DNA of 64,000 nucleotides from Vulcanimicrobiota bacterium (lineage in GTDB: Bacteria; Vulcanimicrobiota; Vulcanimicrobiia; Vulcanimicrobiales; Vulcanimicrobiaceae), in NCBI GenBank assembly GCA_963787705.1, contig CAWBEA010000002.1, forward strand, positions 67,661 to 131,660, in the 5' to 3' direction. The position numbers and the translations under genes are program-made. Position 1 is the first letter of the stretch, and every line of letters begins with the position of its first letter. The notes below the pieces were generated by a model. It did not search any database and had not been told where the DNA came from. It saw nothing but the letters and a program-made list of their open reading frames with translations. Positions 17,201 to 25,745 of this stretch are shown piece after piece.

Positions 17201-17654
17201 TCTTCGACAGTTCTAAAACGATCTTCCATTCGTGCGGCATCACCGGCTGCACGGAGAGCCGTTGCCCGCGCCGCAGCAACGCCATGCCAACCAGCCGTGG
17301 TTCGGCGCGCATGCGCGCAAGCGATACCGGATTCTCAAACGCTTCGACGTATGCAACGTCGACCATGAACCAAATTGGTTTGTCGGGCCTCGCGCGTCCG
17401 TCGAAGTACTCCCCCCCGCGCTCGAACTGAGTGAAATCGGGATAGGCCGCCTTGACGACCTTGCAAACGCCGACGGCCGCCGGCTCTGTAATGCTGGAGT
17501 GGTAGAAGAGCCCGAGGTCGCCGAGCCGCATCTCCATCATGTTGTTTCGCGCCTGGAAGTTGCGCACGCCGGTCCACGGGGTCGTGCCCTCTTCGCCTAG
17601 CCGCTCGAATGAATAGGCGCTTGGCTCGGTCTTCATGAGCCAGTAGCGAGGCAC
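17190..17654 (-). CDS. EVE (PUA-like) domain protein
   Basis: MPRYWLMKTEPSAYSFERL...WTGVRNFQARNNMMEMRLGDLGLFYHS...YPD is a canonical stand-alone EVE domain. The GTG start shares nt 17654 with the upstream TAG. Confidence 0.85.
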   Translation of the reverse strand: MPRYWLMKTEPSAYSFERLGEEGTTPWTGVRNFQARNNMMEMRLGDLGLFYHSSITEPAAVGVCKVVKAAYPDFTQFERGGEYFDGRARPDKPIWFMVDVAYVEAFENPVSLARMRAEPRLVGMALLRRGQRLSVQPVMPHEWKIVLELSKSVD

Positions 17655-18625
17655 TACGGAGCCAGGCTAACGGTCACCGCCTGGCTCGGATCCGGGGGAT
17701 GCAAAACCTTGAAGGCTTCCCCGCCGGCGGGATACTTCCAAAAACTAAGCGAGTTGCCGCGGGTTGCCACGAGCGTGTTGCCCTCGATCCACGACTGCCC
17801 CGCATTCTTCTGGCGCCAGTCGACGAAACGGCTGACGCCGGCGATCGTTCCGGTTGAGCCGGAAACTTGCACGCGGAAGTAGTGCACGTTAACGTTTTCG
17901 CCATCGTGCTTCGTCGCCGCGTAGGACTGCAGGGCAAAGTACTTGCCGTCCCACTGAGCGTGGGCGACGTTCCCGATCGTCTCGTTTAGCTTGATCTTTT
18001 CAAGCTCTTGTTTGCCTTTCGGAAGCAGCGCGGCCACATTTCCGCCGCTGATAACGAAAAGGTTGCCGCTCGCATCGTAGGCCGGTTGTGGGTCGGCTCC
18101 CAGTTCTTCGCTGTGATACAGCTTTGCCTCGCCGCTGCCGCCGGTGTAAATTTCGACTAACGGAGCGAAGTTATGAACGTCGTAGCTGGTAACCGCAAGG
18201 TTTCCCGTCGTGGGATCGCTCGAGCAGTTTACCGGAATCTCATGGGCAGGAACGTCGAGGGTGCTGATGGGCGATTTCGTTCCATGGGCGTATTCGTAGA
18301 CATATCCGGTGAGCGCGCCCGACTTAGCTTGAACGACTGCCGTGACGAAGACGTCGCCTTTGGCATCCGAGCACATCGCCTGAATCAAGAACGGCGTCCT
18401 GAACGTACCTTCAAAGGCGCCGCCCGGATAGGTAAAAACGATGGCCCTGTGTTTGGCGCCGGCGTAGATCAGGTCGGTCTGCGATCCTGCGCGGCGCGCG
18501 AGAAGGGCTTTGTCTAGCGGTGCAACCGGGCTCGTGCTGGGCGCAAGCCCCGCGCAACCGGCAAGCGTGACCGTAAGCACGCACAGGCACGCTGCGTAGC
18601 GCAACGCGTGGATCGGCCTAAACAT
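17654..18625 (-). CDS. lipoprotein paralog E (same body family, different leader)
   Basis: The ATG at 18625-18623 gives MFRPIHALRYAACLCVLTVTLAGC. Blocks TDLIYAG, GDVFVT, YEYAHGTKSPI, CSSDPTTGNLAV, WDGKYF, WKYPAGG, AVTVSLAP. The upstream part of ORF 17654..18913 is antisense to the cupin gene. Confidence 0.7.
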   Translation of the reverse strand: MFRPIHALRYAACLCVLTVTLAGCAGLAPSTSPVAPLDKALLARRAGSQTDLIYAGAKHRAIVFTYPGGAFEGTFRTPFLIQAMCSDAKGDVFVTAVVQAKSGALTGYVYEYAHGTKSPISTLDVPAHEIPVNCSSDPTTGNLAVTSYDVHNFAPLVEIYTGGSGEAKLYHSEELGADPQPAYDASGNLFVISGGNVAALLPKGKQELEKIKLNETIGNVAHAQWDGKYFALQSYAATKHDGENVNVHYFRVQVSGSTGTIAGVSRFVDWRQKNAGQSWIEGNTLVATRGNSLSFWKYPAGGEAFKVLHPPDPSQAVTVSLAP

Positions 18626-18697
18626 CTTTGCGCTGTTCGCGGGGAGCGCCCTATGCCCTGGCTGGGGGAGCGCTCGATGTGCTATCGTAAGGCAGCC

Positions 18698-19183
18698 ATG
18701 CAGCAACGAATCATGCGTGCCTCGGAGCACGGTTGGGAAGGCGTCGAACCCGCGGGCTACGACCCGAACGCGGCCGGCACCGGCGTCGTGCGCCACACCG
18801 TCGTGGGAAACCGGAAAAACGACCCAAGCGAGCCGGGGCCAAAGATGGAACTCCGCTATTTCGAGGTCCAGCCCGGCGCCGCATCGCGATTGGAGAAGCA
18901 CGAACACGAGCACTATGTTGTCGTGCGTACGGGCCTCGGTTATGCCGTGATCGGCGACGACGTGAGCGAGCTAGGACCCAACGACGTCGTGTACGTCGGC
19001 CCGCTGGTCTTGCACCAGTTCGTTAATCGCGGCGATACGCCGTTCGGTTTCTACTGCTTCGTCGACAGCTGTCGCGATTTTCCACAAATGCCGACGCCCG
19101 AGGACCTCGCGCGCCTGCAAGCCTCGCCCGCCGGGACGATCGCTAAACCGTTCGCGGTTCCGCCGCCGGTCAAGCGCCCTTAG
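18698..19183 (+). CDS. cupin domain protein
   Basis: The cupin core is LRYFEVQPGAASRLEKHEHEHYVVV..G......GD......NDVVYV.P...HQF.N. ATG 18698 is preceded by AAGG. Longer starts would overlap the divergent gene. Confidence 0.7.
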   Translation: MQQRIMRASEHGWEGVEPAGYDPNAAGTGVVRHTVVGNRKNDPSEPGPKMELRYFEVQPGAASRLEKHEHEHYVVVRTGLGYAVIGDDVSELGPNDVVYVGPLVLHQFVNRGDTPFGFYCFVDSCRDFPQMPTPEDLARLQASPAGTIAKPFAVPPPVKRP

Positions 19184-20012
19184 CGACCGGTCGCGCGGGG
19201 TCGGAGACCCATTCGCTCCACGATCCGTTGTAGATTCGCGAGCCCTCGAGGCCGGCGTGCGCCATGGCGAGATGATTGACGGCAGATGACACGCCCGAAC
19301 CGCACTGATGCACCGTCCGTTTTGGATCGAGCCCGCTTTCCGCGAACTCTTCGCGCAGACGTTGCGGTGATTTCAGTCGACCGTCGGCTTCGAAGTTCTC
19401 TTTGAACCAGCGTTGCTTCGCGCCGGGAATGTGGCCGCCGACCGGATCGATTGGTTCGGTTTCACCCGAAAATCGCTCCATGGCGCGCGCGTCAAGCAGA
19501 TGCATCGCTGCGCTGTTGAGATTCCGATGGACGAAGTCTGCGCCGACAATCAGCTCCGGTCGCAATGCGATGGTGAGGCCGCCTTCGCGTGCGGGCTGCG
19601 GCGGCGTGGCCGTTACGGGATATCCGAGCGCATTCCAGCCGGCGAAGCCGCCGTCGAGGACGGCGGTCGCGTCGTGGCCGATCCACCGGCAGAGAAACCA
19701 CAACCGCGCCGCAAACATATCGGCCCCGGCATCGTAGGCGATGATCTGCGTCGCGTCGTCCACGCCGCAAGCGCGCAAGAAACGCGCAAAGATTTGCGGA
19801 TCCGGCAACGGATGGCGCCCATTTTTCCCGGTCTTGAACCCGGCCAAATCTTCCTCGACTCCGGCGAAGAAGGCGCCGGGTATGTGCGACTCCTCGTAAA
19901 GCGCGCGTCCCAGCGAAAAATCGGCTAACGAGTGACGGCAATCGAGGATGACGAGAGCGGAGCTACCGAGCCGGTCGTGCAGCGCCTCGGGCGAGATAAT
20001 GGTGTTAAACAA
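19170..20012 (-). CDS. sseA: two-domain rhodanese sulfurtransferase (3-mercaptopyruvate/thiosulfate type)
   Basis: Two rhodanese repeats. Active-site loop HQCGSGVSSAV. C-terminal YNGSWSEW. Confidence 0.8.
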   Translation of the reverse strand: MFNTIISPEALHDRLGSSALVILDCRHSLADFSLGRALYEESHIPGAFFAGVEEDLAGFKTGKNGRHPLPDPQIFARFLRACGVDDATQIIAYDAGADMFAARLWFLCRWIGHDATAVLDGGFAGWNALGYPVTATPPQPAREGGLTIALRPELIVGADFVHRNLNSAAMHLLDARAMERFSGETEPIDPVGGHIPGAKQRWFKENFEADGRLKSPQRLREEFAESGLDPKRTVHQCGSGVSSAVNHLAMAHAGLEGSRIYNGSWSEWVSDPARPVAKGA

Positions 20013-20021
20013 CGCGCTCGC

Positions 20022-20381
20022 TTAACGCAGGTTGATCGTGGCTTTTGGCGCGGGAGGCGCCCCGCCGAAGGCTTCCTCGAGCGTTGTCTTCAACTCGCCA
20101 CTCGCCACCATCGGTCCGAGAATGTCGGTATCGCCGTAAAACGTTCCGTTGATGAAGACCTTCGGCAGCGTCGGCCAGTCGGTCATTTCCGAGAGCGCTT
20201 CGCGCTTTGGCACATTCTCTAAGACGTCGATCACTTCGAACGGGTAGCCGAGGCCGTTGAAGAACTCGACGGTCTCGAGCGTGAAGCCGCAGCGCGGCGC
20301 CATCTTCGTCCCCTTACCGTAGACGACGATTCGCGTGCTCGCGATTTCGCGGGCGATCTCTTCCTTCAAATCTTCCGGCAT
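20022..20381 (-). CDS. grxD: monothiol glutaredoxin (Grx4 family)
   Basis: VVYGKGTKMAPRCGFT...WPTLPKVFINGTFYGDTDI is a CGFS-type motif (here CGFT). Confidence 0.85.
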   Translation of the reverse strand: MPEDLKEEIAREIASTRIVVYGKGTKMAPRCGFTLETVEFFNGLGYPFEVIDVLENVPKREALSEMTDWPTLPKVFINGTFYGDTDILGPMVASGELKTTLEEAFGGAPPAPKATINLR

Positions 20382-20390
20382 GATGCTTCC

Positions 20391-20627
20391 TTAACTTTCC
20401 GCGATAACGGTTGTGAGTTCAACTGCGTGAACGCGCCCGTCGGCAAGCGCGCCTTTGAGCGCGCGGTAGACGAGCTGATGCTGCTGGATCAATGTTTTAC
20501 CCTTGAATACCTGCGAGCGAACGGTCACGTTGAAATGGTCCATCGTGCCGGTGCGGTCGTGAATACTTACCTGGGCGTCGGGCAGACCTTCGACGATGAG
20601 GCCGGTCAACGCGTCGTCGTCGATCAC
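20391..20627 (-). CDS. bolA: BolA family protein
   Basis: VSIHDRTGTMDHFNVTVRSQVFKGKTLIQQHQLVYRAL. I chose GTG 20627-20625 because it overlaps the stop of an upstream small ORF (GTGA). The rest of ORF 20391..21008 is Arg-rich non-coding-like sequence. Confidence 0.75.
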   Translation of the reverse strand: MIDDDALTGLIVEGLPDAQVSIHDRTGTMDHFNVTVRSQVFKGKTLIQQHQLVYRALKGALADGRVHAVELTTVIAES

Positions 20628-20794
20628 GACTTCAAGCGCGGCGAGCCGGCATTGAGCGCGTCGGCCAAGTTGCGCGCTTCGCCGAGAGTTTCGGGAAGAC
20701 GACTCGCTCCCTTGGCGAGTGCGGCCGTAACCCCGCTGGCCAAAATGATTCCGGTAACGCCGAGCAGCACCGCAGGAATGCCGCTGGCGCGCAC
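20624..20794 (-). CDS. possible small membrane protein (56 aa)
   Basis: My own translation from GTG 20794 is MRASGIPAVLLGVTGIILASGVTAALAKGASRLPETLGEARNLADALNAGSPRLKS. It has one TM helix, then an amphipathic tail. The stop TGA overlaps the bolA GTG. Confidence 0.3.
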   Translation of the reverse strand: MRASGIPAVLLGVTGIILASGVTAALAKGASRLPETLGEARNLADALNAGSPRLKS

Positions 20795-21007
20795 GGGCCC
20801 GAGCTCGAATTGTGAACGTCCGTTGCACGCGCGCGATACCGCGAAGAATTGCGCGCAGCACCCGCGCTCGTTTATTCATCACGTCGTTTGTACGTCGTAT
20901 CGCGCCGGAAGGCCTGGCGCCGCGAGGGTCCGCCCGGCCGCTACGACTTGGCTGCCCTGCCGACTTTCGCGAGGCGGAAGGGGCAAAGGGCCCGAATCCG
21001 CGCACCA

Positions 21008-21874
21008 ATGCCCGTCGTTTCTCGCTCGCTGATCGCGTTGGTGATCGCTGCTGCCGCCGCCGCGGCCGTCGTGGCGCACGGTACGATTGACATCATCGCC
21101 GACTATCTTGTCGCGCACGCGAGCTACGACGACGTTTCCAGTCACGACTCGCGCGGGCTGGTCGTCGCGGTCGCCGCGCTGGTCGCCGGTGCGGTCGCTC
21201 TGCACGGCTTGCGGCTCTGCTGTGACGTGGCGGCCCATCGAACGCTTGCGTCCACACCCGCACCGAGTTGGCGGAGCGCCCCGCTCTTTGCCGCCGCAAC
21301 GATGCTGCTCGCGTCGATCATCGTTCCGGCGATGGAACTGCTCGACTCGCGACTGGCCGGCACCACGCTCGCGGGCCTCGACGACGCGTTTGGCGGGTCG
21401 GTGCTCCTCGGGTTGGGCACGACGCTCGCATGCGGTGCCGCCGTCGCGATCGCGATTTTTGCCTTGGCGCGCTGGATTCTTTCGCATCGCGATCGTATCA
21501 TCGCCGCGATCGTCGGGATCACCCGTCTCCGCTCGCAAGCGTATTGCGGTCCGCGGCACTCGCGAAGCTTTACCGGCGCTCCGATCTGCCCGCGCAGACT
21601 CTCCGCGTTGCGGCGCGGCAAGCGTGCTCCTCCCTCCGATGCCCTTCGCCATCCCAAAACGCCACACTCACACTGCGAGGGCATCCATGCTTCCCATTCT
21701 CGTCGCGGCGTGCTGCCTTGTCGGCGGCAACGTCCATACCCCCGCCGGCGCTCCAATCGCCCAGGCGCAACTGTCCTTTCGTGGTCCGACATCGGCATCG
21801 GCGTCGACCGACGCGAAAGGTGCCTTCTCGGTCGTGGTTCCGGCCGGGCGATACGATCTCACCGTCGTTGCTAA
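21008..21874 (+). CDS. hypothetical polytopic membrane protein (3' end uncertain)
   Basis: MPVVSRSLIALVIAAAAAAAVVAHG... has about 4 hydrophobic helices in the first 190 aa. The last roughly 100 codons are Arg-rich and overlap the receptor gene. Confidence 0.4.
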   Translation: MPVVSRSLIALVIAAAAAAAVVAHGTIDIIADYLVAHASYDDVSSHDSRGLVVAVAALVAGAVALHGLRLCCDVAAHRTLASTPAPSWRSAPLFAAATMLLASIIVPAMELLDSRLAGTTLAGLDDAFGGSVLLGLGTTLACGAAVAIAIFALARWILSHRDRIIAAIVGITRLRSQAYCGPRHSRSFTGAPICPRRLSALRRGKRAPPSDALRHPKTPHSHCEGIHASHSRRGVLPCRRQRPYPRRRSNRPGATVLSWSDIGIGVDRRERCLLGRGSGRAIRSHRRC

Positions 21875-24116
21875 AGGCTATGCCACCATCACCGTCAACA
21901 CCGGCGAACTAAACGATGGGGCCCGTATCTCGGTGATTCTGGAACCCAGCGACACACCCAAGCTGCGCACGATCGGCGAGGTGACCGTCAACGGCGGCTT
22001 TACGCTCGACCGCAACGTCATTCCGGAGATGGACGTCTCGCGGGCTCAGATGGACGCGCTCGGGTACTCACAAGTCCTGCAGGCGCTGCAAGCAGTTCCG
22101 TCGGTCGTCATTCAGCATCCCGACTCCGGCGCTCCGACGGCGCCGTCGGTCGTCTCGTTGCGCGGGCCCGATCCGTCCGAAGCGATGGTGACGCTGGACG
22201 GACAACAGCTCAACGACGGCAACACCGGCGACATCGACCTTTCGCAGTTCGCCGTTCCCGCTTTTAATAGCGTGAACGTCACCGAAGGTCTCGGGCCGAC
22301 CGACGCGGAGGGGAGCAATACGTTCGGCGGCGCGGTCAACTTCGTTTCGCTCCGGCCCACACAAGATCAGCACGCCAACTTCTCCAGTTCGGTCGGATCG
22401 TACGGTACGACGCAGAACTGGCTTAACGCGACCGGAACCGTCGGCAAGCTCGGTTACGCGCTGGCCGGTGACGACTATCAACAGGCCGGGCAAGTCAATC
22501 AGTACGATTTTGTCGTTCCCGCCAATAATCTGCCGCCCTATTGCGGGCCTGCGACGAAAAGGAAGACTCCAAACTGTCCGTTCTACACGCACCTGGGGTC
22601 GACGATCGCGGCAGAGTTGGGGCTTGTCAATCTCGATTACAATTTCTCGCAGCACGCCGATCTCGGGTTCCGCCTGTTCACGCTGGGGAACAATCGCGAC
22701 GAGTCGAGCGCGCTCAACGGAATCGCCGGCAATCCAACCTGCGTCTTTAGCGGCCCCGGCGCGGCCTGCGGTTTTGCGCCTTCTCCGGGCTCGCCCAACG
22801 AGGTGTCGAATCCGGTCTTCGACGATCACGTCGGGCAAGGCAGCGCGAACTTCGCGCAGAGCATTCGCGCCTACGACACGTATTCGCGCTCGCCGCTGGG
22901 TTCGGGAACGCTTTCGGCCGATTTCTACGCCGACGACAACAACGTGGATTTTCAAGGCGGCGTCGTTTCGCCGTATGACGTCTCGCACGTGGACACGCGC
23001 TATAACGAGGCGCTATCGTGGGGACGAAACTTCGACGATAGCGAGTTTGCAATCGGCGGTTATGCGCGCCAAGAGGCGCTCTCCGGGGCGTTTATCGGCG
23101 AGACGCTCTCGCAGAGCATCGACTCGTACTTCGTGCGCGGATCGCAGCAGATCGGCAGCGCGGTGCACCTTTCGGGCGGTCTCTACGACGCCGACTATTC
23201 CACGTTCGGCAACACGCTGAACTGGCGCTTGGGCATAAGCGGAGACCTCTCGGCCCAAAGCGTGCTGCGGTTTTCGGTTGGCACGGGATTTCGGCCGCCG
23301 TTGCTCTTCGAGCGCTACTTCTTCCCGCCGGTTGTCGTCAACGGTAAAGTCGAACCCAACCCGGGTCTGGGTCCGGTGGATTCGAACTGCGTCGTACCCA
23401 ACGGAAACCCTGACGAGCGCCCCGAGCATGCGACCGAGTACGAGATGGGCTTCTCGCATCTCTTTTCGGGCACGTCGAACCTCGACGTGTCGATCTATCG
23501 CTCCAACCTGCGCGACACGATCGAGAACTACTACCCCGGCGGCGGCGCGGTGAGCTTTTGTGGCACGCAGCTCGGCTTTGCCTACGAGATTCCGATCAAC
23601 ATCGGCAATGCGGTCTATGAAGGCGCCGAGGCCCGCTACAAGCAGCTCTTTCCGCGTTTGAATCTAACGGCTACGCTATCGTACGGCCTCAACGTCGCAT
23701 ACCCGTACGCGCTCGGGCCGTTCGTCTCAAATCCGACCTCCGGCGGCACGCTCGTCGACGACGAGCAGTTTCTCGGCGTGCCGCAACAGCAAGGATCCGC
23801 CGTGCTCATCTGGGCGCATCTCGGCTGGCACGCATCAACGGCCTTTACGTTCGCTGGGCGAAACAACACGCTCAATCAATCGCCCTACACGCTGGTCGAT
23901 GCCGCCTTCGGAAAAACCTTCGGGCACATCGACCTCACGATTGCCGGGACCAACGTGTTCAACGCCGTCTCGGGTCCGTTCACGCTCTACGATGCGGGCG
24001 TTCCCTATCGCGGTCTCTACTCATCGGGCAACGGCCCGTATCAGGCGAACTTACCGACCGATGCGCTCTTCATCCAGCCTGCTTCGATAAAGTTCATCGC
24101 GACGCTGCACGTATGA
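21687..24116 (+). CDS. TonB-dependent receptor with N-terminal carboxypeptidase-regulatory-like domain
   Basis: ATG 21687 gives MLPILVAACCL. CarboxypepD_reg-like GAFSVVVPAGRYDLTVVAKGY. Plug motifs SQVLQALQAVPSVV, VSLRG and VTLDGQQLND. A long beta-barrel follows with alternating aromatic/Gly pattern. Confidence 0.8.
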   Translation: MLPILVAACCLVGGNVHTPAGAPIAQAQLSFRGPTSASASTDAKGAFSVVVPAGRYDLTVVAKGYATITVNTGELNDGARISVILEPSDTPKLRTIGEVTVNGGFTLDRNVIPEMDVSRAQMDALGYSQVLQALQAVPSVVIQHPDSGAPTAPSVVSLRGPDPSEAMVTLDGQQLNDGNTGDIDLSQFAVPAFNSVNVTEGLGPTDAEGSNTFGGAVNFVSLRPTQDQHANFSSSVGSYGTTQNWLNATGTVGKLGYALAGDDYQQAGQVNQYDFVVPANNLPPYCGPATKRKTPNCPFYTHLGSTIAAELGLVNLDYNFSQHADLGFRLFTLGNNRDESSALNGIAGNPTCVFSGPGAACGFAPSPGSPNEVSNPVFDDHVGQGSANFAQSIRAYDTYSRSPLGSGTLSADFYADDNNVDFQGGVVSPYDVSHVDTRYNEALSWGRNFDDSEFAIGGYARQEALSGAFIGETLSQSIDSYFVRGSQQIGSAVHLSGGLYDADYSTFGNTLNWRLGISGDLSAQSVLRFSVGTGFRPPLLFERYFFPPVVVNGKVEPNPGLGPVDSNCVVPNGNPDERPEHATEYEMGFSHLFSGTSNLDVSIYRSNLRDTIENYYPGGGAVSFCGTQLGFAYEIPINIGNAVYEGAEARYKQLFPRLNLTATLSYGLNVAYPYALGPFVSNPTSGGTLVDDEQFLGVPQQQGSAVLIWAHLGWHASTAFTFAGRNNTLNQSPYTLVDAAFGKTFGHIDLTIAGTNVFNAVSGPFTLYDAGVPYRGLYSSGNGPYQANLPTDALFIQPASIKFIATLHV

Positions 24117-25123
24117 CGGCGGAAATGAATGCGGTTCGGCTGCACGAAACGGCCGGACCGCAGAGCCTTCGCATCGACCGAACTCCGATTCCGGAGCCCG
24201 GCGACGGCGAAGTTTTGGTGCGGCTGCGCGCGGCGGCGCTCAATCATCGCGACGTCTTCATCACGCAGGGTCTCTACCCGAATATCCGGACGCCGGTTAC
24301 GCTCGGGTCGGACGGCGCCGGAGAGGTCGCCGCCGTCAACGGCGATTCGCTTGGATTGCGCGCCGGCGAGGAAGTCGTCATCGATCCGATGCTGGGATGG
24401 GGCGACGACCCGCGCGTTTGGGACTCGAAGTCGAGCCTCCTCGGCATGCCGCGTGACGGTACTTTTGCTCAGTACGTCGCGGTGCCGGCGGAGAATGCCT
24501 ATCGCAAGCCCGAGCAGCTCTCGATGGAGGAGGCCGCCGCGATTCCGCTGGCTGGCCTCACGGCATACCGCGCTACCTTTACGCGCGGAGCCTTAGCTCG
24601 CGAGGAGACGGTTCTCATCACCGGTGTGGGTGGTGGCGTCCAGACGTTCGTGTTGCTCTTTGCCAAGCACGCCGGCGCGCGTGCGATTGTAACCTCGAGT
24701 AGCGACGAAAAACTCGAGCATGCGAAAGCGCTTGGCGCCGATCTCGCACTCAACTATAAAAGCGTGCCCGATTGGGAGAAGCGGTTGCGTTCGGAGGGGC
24801 CGATCGATCTGGTCGTGGACTCTTCAGGCGGTGAGACGCTGCGCAAAGCGCTCGACGTTGTGCGCCCCGGTGGCCGCATCGTCGTATACGGCGGCACGAA
24901 CGGCGACGCGACGATCAAGATGTTCCCGCTCTTTTGGAAGCACGTTTCGATACTCGGCACGTCGATGGGAAGCCCGCAGGATTTTGCGGCGATGCTGGAG
25001 CTCTTTCGGAGTGGCTTGCGACCCGTCGTCGATCGCATCTTCCCGCTGCAAGATGCCGCTGCGGCGATGCAGCACCTTGCGAACGCCGATCAGTTCGGCA
25101 AAGTCGTCCTAAGCATAGATTGA
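24113..25123 (+). CDS. zinc-type alcohol dehydrogenase / quinone oxidoreductase (MDR superfamily)
   Basis: GEVLVRLRAAALNHRD..., Rossmann motif ITGVGGGVQ, C-terminal FGKVVL. ATGA overlap with the receptor stop. Confidence 0.85.
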   Translation: MTAEMNAVRLHETAGPQSLRIDRTPIPEPGDGEVLVRLRAAALNHRDVFITQGLYPNIRTPVTLGSDGAGEVAAVNGDSLGLRAGEEVVIDPMLGWGDDPRVWDSKSSLLGMPRDGTFAQYVAVPAENAYRKPEQLSMEEAAAIPLAGLTAYRATFTRGALAREETVLITGVGGGVQTFVLLFAKHAGARAIVTSSSDEKLEHAKALGADLALNYKSVPDWEKRLRSEGPIDLVVDSSGGETLRKALDVVRPGGRIVVYGGTNGDATIKMFPLFWKHVSILGTSMGSPQDFAAMLELFRSGLRPVVDRIFPLQDAAAAMQHLANADQFGKVVLSID

Positions 25124-25133
25124 ATCAAGAAGC

Positions 25134-25745
25134 TTAGAGTGTTTTACCGTCGCAGGTGCCGTCGGGCGGGGGAGCATTTTGATAAATCGGCCCCGGATAT
25201 GCCACCGGCATGCCGTCCTTCGGATAGAGAATAACATCGACCTTACCGTTGGGCGTCAGTTGGCGTTCGCACTTGATCACCTCGTGCGCCTTGGACTTTC
25301 CATTTCCGCCGATCCATAAATCGAACCACAGCCCCTTGCAGCCGTTACTGCCGCTACCTTTATGAGGGCCTGAAGCGGCGCAGAGGTCTTCGCGAATGAA
25401 GTACTGTTGGATGAACGGGACGTAGATTTTGATGCCGTAGGGGATCGTCGAGTCGTTCTTCTTTTCGGTTGCAAAGGTCGTCGGATTGCAGTAGGTTCCA
25501 TCGCCGCCGGCGTGCTTGTGAATGATCCCGTGCGCGATCTTGTCTCCCGGCGGCGAGTTATCGGGCCAGCCGTAAAACGTGATCGTTGCCTGCACGGTCG
25601 TGGGATCTTGTTTGACGACGTAACACGATGCGTTGTGCGCTGCGTTGACCAGCGGCGGAAGCGTGGGGCCGCCCGATCGTCCGCACGACGCAACGGCGAG
25701 CGCTGTGGCGAGCATAAGGAATCGACGCGCAAACCGGTTCAGCAT
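25134..25745 (-). CDS. hypothetical lipoprotein, possibly double-psi beta-barrel (RlpA/barwin-like)
   Basis: Lipobox LAVASC. Cys-rich. FYGWPDNSPPGDKIAH...IPYGIKIYVP...WFDLWIGG resembles DPBB proteins. This is a weak call. Confidence 0.45.
   Translation of the reverse strand: MLNRFARRFLMLATALAVASCGRSGGPTLPPLVNAAHNASCYVVKQDPTTVQATITFYGWPDNSPPGDKIAHGIIHKHAGGDGTYCNPTTFATEKKNDSTIPYGIKIYVPFIQQYFIREDLCAASGPHKGSGSNGCKGLWFDLWIGGNGKSKAHEVIKCERQLTPNGKVDVILYPKDGMPVAYPGPIYQNAPPPDGTCDGKTL

Noticed and set aside
17190-17654. EVE domain as a marker of an anti-phage defence island
   Set aside because: No nuclease, ATPase, methyltransferase or other defence-type domain is fused or adjacent. Stand-alone EVE proteins of this length are common housekeeping genes. 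I kept only the unusual operon context as a finding.
21087-21686. N-terminal 200-codon extension of the TonB-dependent receptor ORF
   Set aside because: The extension is Arg/Ser/Pro-rich and overlaps the membrane-protein gene in another frame. A signal peptide and the first recognisable domain begin at ATG 21687.
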